A stretch of DNA of 64,000 nucleotides from Planctomycetota bacterium (GCA_965223265.1 OZ244999.1:2784001-2848000); one strand, 5' to 3'; counted from the stretch's first letter, positions 40,501 through 48,489 are shown. The notes: generated by a model not told the origin, from the letters alone. Numbers and translations: made by a program.

Positions 40501-40559
40501 TGAGTCATCTTTCCCTCCTTTGCTGTGATCTGTCTAGTCCATTTTGGCCGCGAGCTTAA
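34512..40559 (+). CDS. Rhs/YD-repeat protein with C-terminal toxin domain
   Basis: Many YD..GR repeats; core end YLFTGRQY..YDYRAR..G.F.QRDPIG..PANLRDGKGL; N-terminal signal-like segment; AT-rich tip from 39894. Confidence 0.93.
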   Translation: MLHGTKSPLVARPGVFSLCLVGLATITLSSLAVEDDYEFMPTHAWRFLGSMGGDDVSLTLAEGFPGHRVEPKKNRWIAPVDGDGGFDNVAPRLAAEEGPGGLEWDPSPTYRTRYKNGTNYLPNSTRLQGNNWFTRIPYAEYDSTNDVWVIRFDANMIRYFDVDSQSSTVYWGRYGNSRSKLVKSGTSPNGLLKLSDAGGKVYTFSESESYKCTKIEPVGIAETTITYATNTITVIQKSNSSTEVRKFTYTLTDHGNGKRIDKIEVAEKDGTWGSAYRTIDFTYHEQVTSPAGSSTGDLVGIEETMDLSESGKTYSRKWVFKYYTGSYNAQTNPGNPYQIEAILEPGAVHGYESANPTHNIYEKSVTDLANYVDRTYEYHSDRRLKELTLNDNCGCGGSSGTYTYSWVKNGTTPTDLDTWFSRVTITLPTSAGHFIDYNKYGQILNSMIQEDIAQSGSRKWIRTYRRDDDGFLTDSYSVAACDSYNTTTHIVTTNTTGGMHYQYDFTYDSGDDDWTLTAKLRDPGSGDWNWQAKRVFTLKTSGDRRRFFQDSETIYPTETTTDSGDTTSFAYETFHTLDALAVARRKMTFPVVPTGENGSGNAVSIYDYFELDSLHTWTKDGEGHVDYMGYDGDRRTETMHVTDIDTDSADRPAGVPAPPDTTFNSSSGLNIVTKDEYDVLGRVTKSESAAFDAWNGTSVTSTKITKRWHYDKLSGDELVIMEYPHIDSSYHHAAISLQVIDHDGNAATSAMGELDTLKRDTTLSDDLDDTEATIEDAFEGTIVQRRDSTYDGSKVLTSEVWSDASSSLADKHITTYTYDSSGRLETTKNPAGTITRYTYDVLGRTKITEIGTVDSGPTPNMTATEKLFYDDEEDTSSNVGDGFLTSRVRYTKNSLTEGLRTTDHDVDYRGRVTTVFEPLDVSEDRTYDNLDRLTLIERYDDGGQSSVLMRKTENFYDPLGQAYEVRNYGITGGSGSDYSKTAYWHDARGLNIKTLSNGKVFKKTQYDGAGRAINRATSYDAGQDESAYSAADDLDKDTVIQESVYTRDASGRVELEATYERRHGATGEGSLTVGTSGNGRAQYVATWFDEFGRSSCRANYGTNGGTDLTTRPTGSPPATSDANRLVTETSYTVKGEVEEQRGPAVKTPASEGLVVTHRYEYTDWGATSKRIDNYVNGTPGVDDDRTTVYTYDSVGRLQTITAKATTNDQVTENVYGVTRGSGDADSRIASNDLIKTVKHPDPSNGGAGGVNDQVHYAYNAQGQRTYMEDQRDTAHVYEYDDRGRVIHDRVTVLGDTGVDGAIRRISWIYDALDRTTRVRSYDNASTTSGTIKNEVHYVYDKFGVVKTIYQEWNGSVDLGFSNKVSYAYSFPTNGTTGLRQTSTTYPSGAVITNVYDSGIDDTISRVSGKKKGSDWLFEDDYLGLGRLVKRRYAGSDTYWTLEGTDSANADNYVGLDRFGRIDDLVVIDGTTNVNRYLYAYNDRSQITYREDEVGNVSGSYEFDQQFTYDGLGRLTEHERGEELDQTPTHTSHECWTLNRSGGWEDYYEGLADPCGTGVSCTLNSSNEITDVDSVDYSYDRAGNMTERGSDYDLIFDAWSRLVEVKDGAVTVSKYAYNGIHQKISSGEYSSLEYDYYYSNNNQVVEEWYRDDDDYKQWYAWGTQDVDDIVVRSTGSTSSYFKYYVLDANLNVVTRLGSTGAPISRYVYYSYGEPKQLSSNWTTWQTITEDHYLFTGRQYHRRHGAYDYRARFRDAEIGGFVQRDPIGSWGDEENWGNGYMYVASDPANLRDGKGLWSTSDHEKLTNTTLDHLTIRELFGGWGWIGRCKERITDDLHYYNERQDSSWILGPVLSPSRHFMAPYIVSQKWMRRRYIRYVDDEMDTLKEILKNSVGDFGDDGCWRFNNMEKCTEQCSFALRSLGYLLHSYQDYYGHSTNWISGDNPLRHSDASLPMRWEPEHEERNSRFHSARFSSASLWSAEKISTELYMMKTGKIRKVLSHLSLLCCDLSSPFWPRA

Positions 40560-40624
40560 AAATCCCAGGTCTATTTTGTTTTTGTTTTTCCTTCTGCCAT
40601 GATCGGGCGAGCAGAGAGGTTGAG

Positions 40625-41014
40625 ATGAGGAGCGCTATCGGCGTCCTGGTAATTGTTCTATGTTCGATGTCGGCATGCGGTTGCGTTATGACTTCGGCGA
40701 CCCAAGTGTCTTACTGGAGTGAGGAGCGCGTGTTTCATAACTTGGTGGGTGACGAAGTTATGATATATGGTGGAACATTTTGGGATTTTGCGCTTTTGGG
40801 TGGCTGGTTCTACGTCGGAGTAACCGAAGATCCAACTATGATAGCTTGCATGCCTCTCGCGATTCTTGACCTGCCGTTCTGTGTGACAGCCGATACGGTT
40901 TTGCTCCCGATGACGATACCACAGCAAATTGAGGTGCTTCTGAGGGATGAAACCTCGGGATCACAAGAGGACGCCGAACTGGGCGCCGTACAAGAGGGCG
41001 GAAGTGATGGTTGA
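40625..41014 (+). CDS. YceK/YidQ-like lipoprotein, candidate immunity protein
   Basis: Lipobox ..ACGC, IYGGT..D and LDLPF..ADTVLLP; GAGG RBS. Confidence 0.75.
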   Translation: MRSAIGVLVIVLCSMSACGCVMTSATQVSYWSEERVFHNLVGDEVMIYGGTFWDFALLGGWFYVGVTEDPTMIACMPLAILDLPFCVTADTVLLPMTIPQQIEVLLRDETSGSQEDAELGAVQEGGSDG

Positions 41015-41164
41015 GCGCTCGGTGATCCCTCTGTCTTTCACTTCGCAGGGCTTATGGTTCGGACCGCAGTCAACGGGTTGCGCGGAGTGTTCAAGATGCT
41101 CTGAGTTCTTTCAAGGCAATCTCGTTGTCTGTGATCGGTGTTGGCGATATCCGTTTGACTAAGG

Positions 41165-42436
41165 ATGTTCTGGAGACGGCGAAGAATGAGAAGCCTGTGT
41201 CGAAGCACCATTGGTTTCTTTTTTTTCTGTATAATCACTTCCGGTTGTATGACCGTTATTAGCCAAGCGGAGTACTGGAGCGATCTTCCGAAATCTCCTC
41301 TCAAAGATGAATTCGACCCACTTGTTGCGACTTACGGGGGTGTATACAACGGTGGGCTATTCATACGGCGAAGCGTCGACGCCCTCTCCAGCGACGTGAA
41401 TAAGATCGTGTTCGTTCCTGCCGTGTTGTTTGATATGCCACTCTCTTTCGTCGTAGATACCGTTTTTCTTCCGATGACGATACCACAACAGATTGAGATT
41501 GGCCTGCGTGATCGACCGGACGAAGAAGAGCTCGAGATCTCTTTGCCTGGAGATGTCGCTGTCAGGTTTGCGTCAAGGAGTGAGACTGCAGAGTTCCTCG
41601 GCACGCGCGATGCGTTTGTCTCGGCTATGAGTCCCTTCGACAGAGCGGTGCGGATGAGGAGCCGCGAAAGGTTTTCGGAAGCGGAGTTTCTCGAGTTTGT
41701 AGCCCGTCAGAGCCGGGACTTTGGCGGCGCAGAAAAACGGAAGCTCCGGACAGTTGTTGCGTCGATCGCGAAGAAGTTCTCTGCGATCAACCTTCGGGAC
41801 GTGTTCCCCGCAGAGATCACGATTGTAAAGACAAGCGGGAAGGAAGAAGGTCATGCGGCATATTGCCGTGGCAATCACATCGTCCTTTCAACGCGAATGC
41901 TCCGTCAAGGACGAGGTGAGTTGGAATTTACGCTGACTCACGAGCTGTTCCACATTCTCTCCAAGAACGACCGTCAACTGCGTGCCCAGCTCTATGAGAT
42001 CGTCGGGTTCAAGCCGTGTGACCCCGTTCCCTTTCCCGAATCTCTACGCGCGAAGAAGATTACGAACCCAGACGCGATCGAGAACGATTTCTACACGCAG
42101 GTGACGGTCGAGGGGCGCGAAGAGAAAGTTCTGCCGATTCTCCTATCGAGCCAGACCAGCTACGATTCTCGGCGCGGCAAGGATCTCTTTGACTATTTGA
42201 CGCTCATGCTTCTTGCGATTGAAGAGAAGGATGGACGTTGGGTCCCCAGATACGAAGGCGGCGAGCCAGTACTCTTAAGTTTGGGAGAAGCTCCGGAGTA
42301 CTCAGAAAGGTTCAAAGACGGCTATGGCTACATCCTGCAGCCGGAGGAAGTCCTTGCCGACCAGTTCGTCTTTATGGTTGAGGGCTCCAGCGAGTTTGCG
42401 ATTTCCCAGGCCATGCGTGAGGTTCTTTGCCGGTAG
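41165..42436 (+). CDS. YceK-like lipoprotein domain fused to HExxH-containing domain
   Basis: TSGC lipobox, YGGV and DMPLSFVVDTVFLP, then THELFH, TNPDA and ILQPEEVLAD. Confidence 0.75.
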   Translation: MFWRRRRMRSLCRSTIGFFFFCIITSGCMTVISQAEYWSDLPKSPLKDEFDPLVATYGGVYNGGLFIRRSVDALSSDVNKIVFVPAVLFDMPLSFVVDTVFLPMTIPQQIEIGLRDRPDEEELEISLPGDVAVRFASRSETAEFLGTRDAFVSAMSPFDRAVRMRSRERFSEAEFLEFVARQSRDFGGAEKRKLRTVVASIAKKFSAINLRDVFPAEITIVKTSGKEEGHAAYCRGNHIVLSTRMLRQGRGELEFTLTHELFHILSKNDRQLRAQLYEIVGFKPCDPVPFPESLRAKKITNPDAIENDFYTQVTVEGREEKVLPILLSSQTSYDSRRGKDLFDYLTLMLLAIEEKDGRWVPRYEGGEPVLLSLGEAPEYSERFKDGYGYILQPEEVLADQFVFMVEGSSEFAISQAMREVLCR

Positions 42437-42740
42437 CCGAAGTCAAGGCGTTCGCGGCGTGTGCAGCGGTAGTGAGGTGCGTCGTTTGAGGCGACCACGG
42501 AGCTTTTCTGTCGAGCCGGAGTGGCAATCAGCGATCCGAGCCTCATCGCACGGAGCACCGTGCGCTACCCACTCGGGGGCTCGACGTTCGGGCTCTGCGC
42601 AAGACGATGGGGGCGGATTTCCACGAAACGCAATCAGACATCAGGCGCAATCGAATGGGATCAAGGATGCGCGATGACGCCACGATCGCTGGCGGGCCTC
42701 GTGCGCCGTTAGCAGGCTTCCTATGGACACACTGAGCACT

Positions 42741-43046
42741 GTAAACGTCCGGTGAAGCACATCTGGCGTGGCGTGTCGTTGTGTGGAGACTTCGTGGTCG
42801 AGGAGGTGAACCATGAAGAGCTCCAGATCGAGACGTCGTTCGCAGCACGAGATCGAGGAGATTGTCGCAGCGTACCACCGAAGCGGGCTTTCGCAGTCAG
42901 CGTACTGTGAGTGCGAGGGACTGGCGCTGTCCACTCTGAGCAAGTGGCTCTCGAAGTCACGCAGGGGCCGGACGAGGCAAGCGGCAAAGCGTAGCTCCAT
43001 GGAGTCGCAGTTTGTCCCCGTGAAGCTCGTGGACGCTTGTGAGTGA
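42741..43046 (+). pseudogene. IS66-family remnant (left IR plus truncated TnpA-like ORF 42813..43046)
   Basis: GTAAACGTCCGGTGAA IS66-type end; SGLSQSAYCECEGL.LSTLSKW...FVPV; no TnpB or TnpC follows. Confidence 0.75.
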
Positions 43047-43368
43047 TCCCTTGGTAGGTGGCCGTTTCGCCCGCTGTTTCGTTCGCGATGGTGAGGGGGC
43101 GACGTACTCTACTCTTGGAGCGCTTTTGGTAGATCGCCCCCGGTCGCAGAACGGAATCTTGGAACAGGGTGGACGGACGTCCAGGATCCGACAACTCAAA
43201 CCGACCGAGGTTTCAGGCGTCCTCCGAGCTTGCCGGCGATGTGTGGCGGATCGTCCCGTGCGATGTGGTACTCCGTTTTCCGAAATGTCGTCACGCAGAG
43301 CTTGGCTGCCCAACCGCCCAGCGACGACCCACAAACCCACTCTCAACCACTCCCTCACACTCCCCAGC

Positions 43369-43389
43369 AGGTACTCATACAGGTACTCA
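43369..43389 (+). promoter_or_regulatory. Putative integrase arm-type binding site pair
   Basis: Identical to 5476-5496 and in the same orientation. Confidence 0.7.
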
Positions 43390-43460
43390 CGCCGATTTCT
43401 TCGCAGCGTCCCGGGCAAAAAGAAAGCCTCGTAACTCTTTGTCTACGAGGCTCTTACGTG

Positions 43461-43537
43461 TGGTGGGCGTTACTGGACTTGAACCAGTGACCCCCAGCTT
43501 GTCGAGCTGGTGCTCTAGCCAACTGAGCTAAACGCCC
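43461..43537 (-). tRNA. tRNA-Val(GAC)
   Basis: Cloverleaf: GGGCGTT/AACGCCC acceptor stem, CCAGC-TCGACAA-GCTGG anticodon arm, TTCAAGT T-loop and encoded CCA. Confidence 0.96.
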
Positions 43538-43759
43538 AAATACGTTGTCGTCCTTTTACCGTATGCGGTGGCAGGCCGCCGGGCTTGGTCCGTCGCCAGT
43601 GGTGACCGCGGCGGTGGCTACGTCATGTTTTGTCGCGCCGTTCCTCGGGGGGCAGCCAATCAGGCGCGTAAACTACCCTCTCCCTTGGGCACCGTCAAGA
43701 CACGAGCCCCCCTCGCCCTCGGGCGCTCGAGCCTACCCGGAGAATGCCGTCGGTGCCTC

Positions 43760-45085
43760 TCACCACCGTCCGCCCGGTGCGGGCTTGCTCGTCCGCTTCG
43801 GGGCCTCCGGCTCGGCGACCTTCGGCGGCGATGCCGCCCGCTCGTCGCTTGCCGCACCCTCCGTCGCCGCGTCGCCGTGACCGCAGAGGCGCCGCACCCC
43901 CCGGTGCACCACGTCACCAAATCTCTCGAGGCGTGCCATCGGCGCGGCGTCTTCGCCCTTGGCGTTCACTTCCAGCGCCGACACGCCACCAACCCAGAAC
44001 ACGAATACGAACAGCACCGGCACCAACATGCATGCGGCGATGACCACCGCGCTCTTGGGTGTCTTTCGCTTTCCGGCGCCGCCGTTCGCAGTGTTCTTTT
44101 TGACGAACGAGTCAAACTCGTCGTCGCCGAGCAGATTCCCCTCCGAGGGCCAGTCCTCCTCATCGTCATCTCGATCTCCGATTGCCGCGGCGTCAAGCGC
44201 AGGCGGGACGACCGCCGACGAGGCTCTGGCTGCGCCTCGCCGCTTCTTTTCTCCAACCAATTCGTCGACCGCGGGAAGGTCGACACCGCCCACGCGCCGC
44301 TCCGTGCTTCCGGCCACATTGAGCTCACCGAACGCAAGCGTGTCTTCGTCACCTAAAAAACCAGTGGCGTCCCCGCCTTCCGATTCCTGAGTACTACCCG
44401 CTGCGCTGTCAGCGGCTGCTTCGCGGCCCTGACTGGACGCCACTTTTTTCTGGGCCAAGCCCTGACTCTGCGGCTGGGCGACCGGAGCACTGCGAGTCGC
44501 TGCTTTCTTTTTGCGGATCGCCACCGAGGGATTCTTGCCTTCCAGACGCCCGTCCGCTGTGACGTAGAGCGGCTTCTTGCAGGACGGACACTGCAGCTTG
44601 CTCGTCGTAGCTACCGGTCGAATGGAAATCGGTGATTTACAGAAAAGGCAACGAAAGACAATCTTCTGGGCGTTACCGGCCGGGTGAGAGCTGCCGGCGT
44701 TGCGGCCTGGCGAGTCGCCGCCCTCCGCTGCAGTCGCCGGTTCGCCTCCGTCCTGTTGCGGCGCCGGAGACTTCGGCGTCTTGACCACCGATGAACCTCC
44801 CGACTTCACCAATCGCAGCTTTGAGGGCTGAGGGCGAGCCTCTTCTCGCGAGCTCTCTCGGGCGTCGAGTTCTTGCTTGCGTATCGCGATGGAGTCCTGT
44901 GAAAACAATTCCAGATCGGTGAGGGTCATCTGCGCGGGTGCGGCGCGACGCTGCAACCCGTTTGGTTCGGATCCAGCGTCGCCCCCTTCGCACTGACTGC
45001 AGATGAACGAATCTTTCAACGTGATCGGCGCGTCGGAGTCACTCTTGATGACGTCGCCGCATCTTTCGCAGTATCGTAATTCCAT
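43760..45085 (-). CDS. Hypothetical zinc-ribbon membrane protein
   Basis: YCERCG..CSQC and CLFC..CPSC motifs, low-complexity linkers and a C-terminal TM. Confidence 0.75.
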   Translation of the reverse strand: MELRYCERCGDVIKSDSDAPITLKDSFICSQCEGGDAGSEPNGLQRRAAPAQMTLTDLELFSQDSIAIRKQELDARESSREEARPQPSKLRLVKSGGSSVVKTPKSPAPQQDGGEPATAAEGGDSPGRNAGSSHPAGNAQKIVFRCLFCKSPISIRPVATTSKLQCPSCKKPLYVTADGRLEGKNPSVAIRKKKAATRSAPVAQPQSQGLAQKKVASSQGREAAADSAAGSTQESEGGDATGFLGDEDTLAFGELNVAGSTERRVGGVDLPAVDELVGEKKRRGAARASSAVVPPALDAAAIGDRDDDEEDWPSEGNLLGDDEFDSFVKKNTANGGAGKRKTPKSAVVIAACMLVPVLFVFVFWVGGVSALEVNAKGEDAAPMARLERFGDVVHRGVRRLCGHGDAATEGAASDERAASPPKVAEPEAPKRTSKPAPGGRW

Positions 45086-45104
45086 CGGATGAACGTCCGT
45101 TTCG

Positions 45105-45644
45105 TTAGTGATTCAGGCCGAGGAGGAACACGGTCCCGAGAAGCCCGAATTCGGCAAGCTGCACCGCGAGGATTGAGAAGACGAATCGGTTCGACGACTG
45201 ACGCTTGACAACGAAAAAGAGAAGGACAGTTAATCCGAGGCCGAACCCAATTTCGAGCAGCGAGACTGCTGCGAGCGCGCCTACCGTCTGTGCCGTGAGA
45301 GCATCTTCGCGGATCCAGCCGACGCCATAGCTCAGTAGTAGGGCCAACAGCAAAGCAACCAGCGCAGCGTTGAGGACGAACGCAAACTCCATCACGCGAC
45401 GTGTGCCGACCATGGGGTCGCTGCCTCGACTGGCGCTGAAACTGAAGAAGAACGCGAACGCGAACGTGAAAGCGAGCGCGACAAGGCACAGCACTGACTT
45501 TGAGTCGAGTTCCCGAAATGGCTGAATCGCTCTGGCCAGGACGTTCTCGTCGTGAAGTCCAGTGCTCACAAACGCGCCTGCGGCGAACAGGTACGTGAGT
45601 AGGACACCAAGTACAGTGAAGATTCCGCTCGAAGTCGGTCGCAT
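45105..45644 (-). CDS. Hypothetical integral membrane protein
   Basis: About five TM segments; co-oriented with the adjacent gene. Confidence 0.75.
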   Translation of the reverse strand: MRPTSSGIFTVLGVLLTYLFAAGAFVSTGLHDENVLARAIQPFRELDSKSVLCLVALAFTFAFAFFFSFSASRGSDPMVGTRRVMEFAFVLNAALVALLLALLLSYGVGWIREDALTAQTVGALAAVSLLEIGFGLGLTVLLFFVVKRQSSNRFVFSILAVQLAEFGLLGTVFLLGLNH

Positions 45645-45897
45645 AAACTGGTCCAGTGATGAGCTAGATGAGTGACCAAGCTATGTCTTCGACGCGGGTG
45701 CTGCACCGCGCCGAGTCGCAGAAGTATACCCTTTGCTCCAAGCAGCGGCAAAACGACCTGAAGTTGTCACCAGGGCGACCGTTGCGTATACTCTCGGTAG
45801 GTCGTTTCCGACTTCATCTACCCGTCGATGACGGCTTGAGCTAGGGGCAAAACCACGAGTACGCGACCACCGCGAAAAGTGCCGTTCAGATGCAGCT

Positions 45898-45956
45898 CCG
45901 ATAAGACACCCGATAAGACACCCGATAAGATACCCGATAAGATACCCGATAAGATA
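45898..45956. repeat. 12-bp tandem repeat x5 (CCGATAAGAYAC)
   Basis: Seen directly in the divergent intergenic region. Confidence 0.9.
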
Positions 45957-46029
45957 GCAGCGCCGAGGTGGCGTTGATCAGGTGCGGTGCTGATAACGTT
46001 GTTGCGTGCCAGAACCGGGAGTGAAGTGA

Positions 46030-47571
46030 ATGCGAGAGCGCTGGACGAAGGACTGGGACCGTCGTTCACCCGACGAGCGACAGGCAGCGCAGCTTCGCAG
46101 GCTGAAGACGTTTCTTCGCTATCAAGTACTGCCCTTCAGCCCATTCTATCAACGCCTCTTTCGCGATGCGGGCGTCGATCCTGCCAACATCCAGTCGTTA
46201 CGTGATTTTCAGCAGTTGCCGTTCACGTCGAAGGACCTGATCGCACCGACTGCCGACGAGCCGCAGCGTCCTCGCGATCTGATTCTGCAGCCGACTCCAG
46301 AGATTATCCGTGCGCAGTGGCCACTCTCTTGGAAGCTTCGCCTTCTTTGGAATCGATTGTGGCAAGGCGAGTCTGGCGTGCGCGAAAGCCTCGAGAGAGA
46401 ATACCGTCCCGTTTCGATGTTCTTCACCACGGGGCGTTCAGCGTTGCCAACGCTCTTCACGCTCACGAACTACGATCTTGCGCTCCTTGAAGAGGTCGGG
46501 CGCCGGATTTTGCAAGTGGCGGACATCGGGTCGCGCGACAAACGCTTGCTGAACCTCTTCCCCTACGCGCCGCATCTGGCGTTTTGGCAGGTGTACTATG
46601 TCGGTATCGGGAGCAACGTGCTGACGCTCAACACCGGTGGCGGCAAGGTCATGGGGACGGAAGGAATTCTGCAGTCCATCGAGCGGATTCGCCCCTCCTT
46701 CATCATTGGCATTCCGGGATACGTTTATCACGTCTTGCGAGAGGCTCATTCCCGTTCCATGGACTTGAGCTTCGTCGAAGGATTGGCTCTGGGCGGCGAC
46801 CAGGTGACGCCTGGTTATCGGTCTCGCGTCAAGGAACTCCTCGTGTCGATGGGCGCGACAAAACCGCGTGTTCAGAGCGTTCTTGGTTTTACAGAGTCGC
46901 GTAAGTGCTGGGCAGAGTGTCCTGGAGAGGCGGACGCGGGTTTTCATACATATCCAGACTTTGAGATCGTCGAGCTCATCGATCCCGAGTCAGGGAATCC
47001 TGTCGGCGAGGGGGAAACCGGAGAGCTGGTGTATTCGTGCATCGACGGGCGCGGCAGCTGCATCCTTCGCTATCGCACGGGCGACCTGATCGTCGGAGGT
47101 ATGACCTGGAAGCCCTGCCCGCACTGCGGCCGAACCGTGCCGCGGCTTGCTTCCCAACTCGAGCGCGTCAGCAACCTGAAGAATTTTCAGCTTTCGAAAG
47201 TGAAGGGCACTCTCGTGAATCTGAACGTCTTCAAGGAAGAGCTCGATAACGACCCTGTCGTCGAGGAGTGGCAGCTGGTCATCAAGAAACGAAACGACGA
47301 TCCGTGCGACGTCGACGAGATCCATCTCAACCTGGCGCTTGCCGGCGACGTCAGCGACACCGATCAAGCTGCTGTCGTGGAACGCCTTGAAAAGCATCTC
47401 TTCAGTGTTTCCGAAGTGAAGCTGAACTCGACACGCGTTTTGGCGCTTGAGAAGGTTCTTGAGCTGCTCGGCATGGAGACTCAGATGAAAGAGAAGCGCA
47501 TCGTCGATTTGCGCACCGAGACCGCAAATGCCACCACGACGGCGGCGGCGCAGCAGCCGGTGAAACCGTAG
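46030..47571 (+). CDS. Phenylacetate-CoA ligase-like (PaaK/AMP-binding) protein
   Basis: SPFYQRLF...LPFTSK, IVELIDPESG.PV.EGETGELV and LRYRTGD. Confidence 0.85.
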   Translation: MRERWTKDWDRRSPDERQAAQLRRLKTFLRYQVLPFSPFYQRLFRDAGVDPANIQSLRDFQQLPFTSKDLIAPTADEPQRPRDLILQPTPEIIRAQWPLSWKLRLLWNRLWQGESGVRESLEREYRPVSMFFTTGRSALPTLFTLTNYDLALLEEVGRRILQVADIGSRDKRLLNLFPYAPHLAFWQVYYVGIGSNVLTLNTGGGKVMGTEGILQSIERIRPSFIIGIPGYVYHVLREAHSRSMDLSFVEGLALGGDQVTPGYRSRVKELLVSMGATKPRVQSVLGFTESRKCWAECPGEADAGFHTYPDFEIVELIDPESGNPVGEGETGELVYSCIDGRGSCILRYRTGDLIVGGMTWKPCPHCGRTVPRLASQLERVSNLKNFQLSKVKGTLVNLNVFKEELDNDPVVEEWQLVIKKRNDDPCDVDEIHLNLALAGDVSDTDQAAVVERLEKHLFSVSEVKLNSTRVLALEKVLELLGMETQMKEKRIVDLRTETANATTTAAAQQPVKP

Positions 47572-47592
47572 TGGGATGCGAGCGAGACGAAC

Positions 47593-48489
47593 ATGGGTGA
47601 AGCAAAACGAAACTGTCTGGCGCTTGGTGGTGGCGGAGCTCGAGGACTGTCGCATTTGGGTGTTCTCCAAGTCCTAGAACGCGAAGGCGTTTCGGTCGAC
47701 GCTATCGTCGGAACTAGCGCCGGCGCGGTCGTCGGCGCCGCCTACGCCCTCAATCCCAGTGCCACGGAGATTACCCGAGTTGCCCTGAAGTACTTTCGTG
47801 AGAGCGCCGAACGCAGCAGTGCCTTTAAGAAGGTGCTCCTCGGCAGTGAAGATGCGGAACAAAACTTTGTCGCCAACTTAATTTCGAGCATCAAAAAAGG
47901 GTACGTCTTCAGTGCTCTCCTACGACGCCCGTCGATTTTCCCGACGAAGCGTCTCATGGACGTGATCTCCGACCTCGTTCCTGACAAACAGTTTTCGGAT
48001 ACGCAGATTCCGTTTGCAGTGCCGGCACTCGACATTCGTTCGGGCGAGGAAGTGCTCCTTCGCGAAGGCTCGATTCGAGAAGCCGTCCTGGCGAGCTGCT
48101 CGCTGCCGGGCTTTTTTCCTCCCGTGGCACACGGAGAGCAACTGCTCGTCGACGCCGGAGTGATCGGGCCGGTGCCGGTCAGTGCGGCCCATTCGTTTCG
48201 GCCGGGCCATGTGATCGCGGTCGACATTACGTCACAACTGCCAGAGATCGTGGAGATCACCCAGGGGCTTGACGCGATCTTGCGCGTCGAAACGATTGCT
48301 TGTAAGCGACTGAACGACCTTGAGCTTGAGCGCGCCGACGTCGTGATCCGGCCGAACGTCGGTGAGAAGTACTGGTCCGACTTCAGTGGTCTCGATGCGC
48401 TCATCTCCGAGGGTGTCGGCGCCGCGGAGCTCGTGCTCGACGAGCTGCGGCGGCTGAGCCGTCCGCTCGCGTCGTCTTCAGCTGAGTGA
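47593..48489 (+). CDS. Patatin-like phospholipase
   Basis: LGGGGARG, GTSAG nucleophile and LVDAG. Confidence 0.92.
   Translation: MGEAKRNCLALGGGGARGLSHLGVLQVLEREGVSVDAIVGTSAGAVVGAAYALNPSATEITRVALKYFRESAERSSAFKKVLLGSEDAEQNFVANLISSIKKGYVFSALLRRPSIFPTKRLMDVISDLVPDKQFSDTQIPFAVPALDIRSGEEVLLREGSIREAVLASCSLPGFFPPVAHGEQLLVDAGVIGPVPVSAAHSFRPGHVIAVDITSQLPEIVEITQGLDAILRVETIACKRLNDLELERADVVIRPNVGEKYWSDFSGLDALISEGVGAAELVLDELRRLSRPLASSSAE

Larger units (their letters stand above)
5298..43505. mobile_element. ~38.2 kb integrative element in tRNA-Val(GAC)
   Basis: 45-bp direct repeats at both ends, an integrase at one end, excisionase-like and replication genes, and accessory cargo. Housekeeping genes resume after the tRNA. 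Confidence 0.92.

Noticed and set aside
43030-43185. Right end of the IS66 remnant
   Set aside because: GGACGCTTGT and GGACGGACGTC only loosely resemble the expected end, and no target duplication was found.
5298-43505. Intact prophage, ICE, retron or DGR
   Set aside because: I recognised no capsid, terminase, tail, relaxase, VirB4 or reverse transcriptase motifs. The FGE domain has no visible template repeat.
45898-45956. Mini-CRISPR
   Set aside because: Head-to-tail 12-bp units with no spacers.
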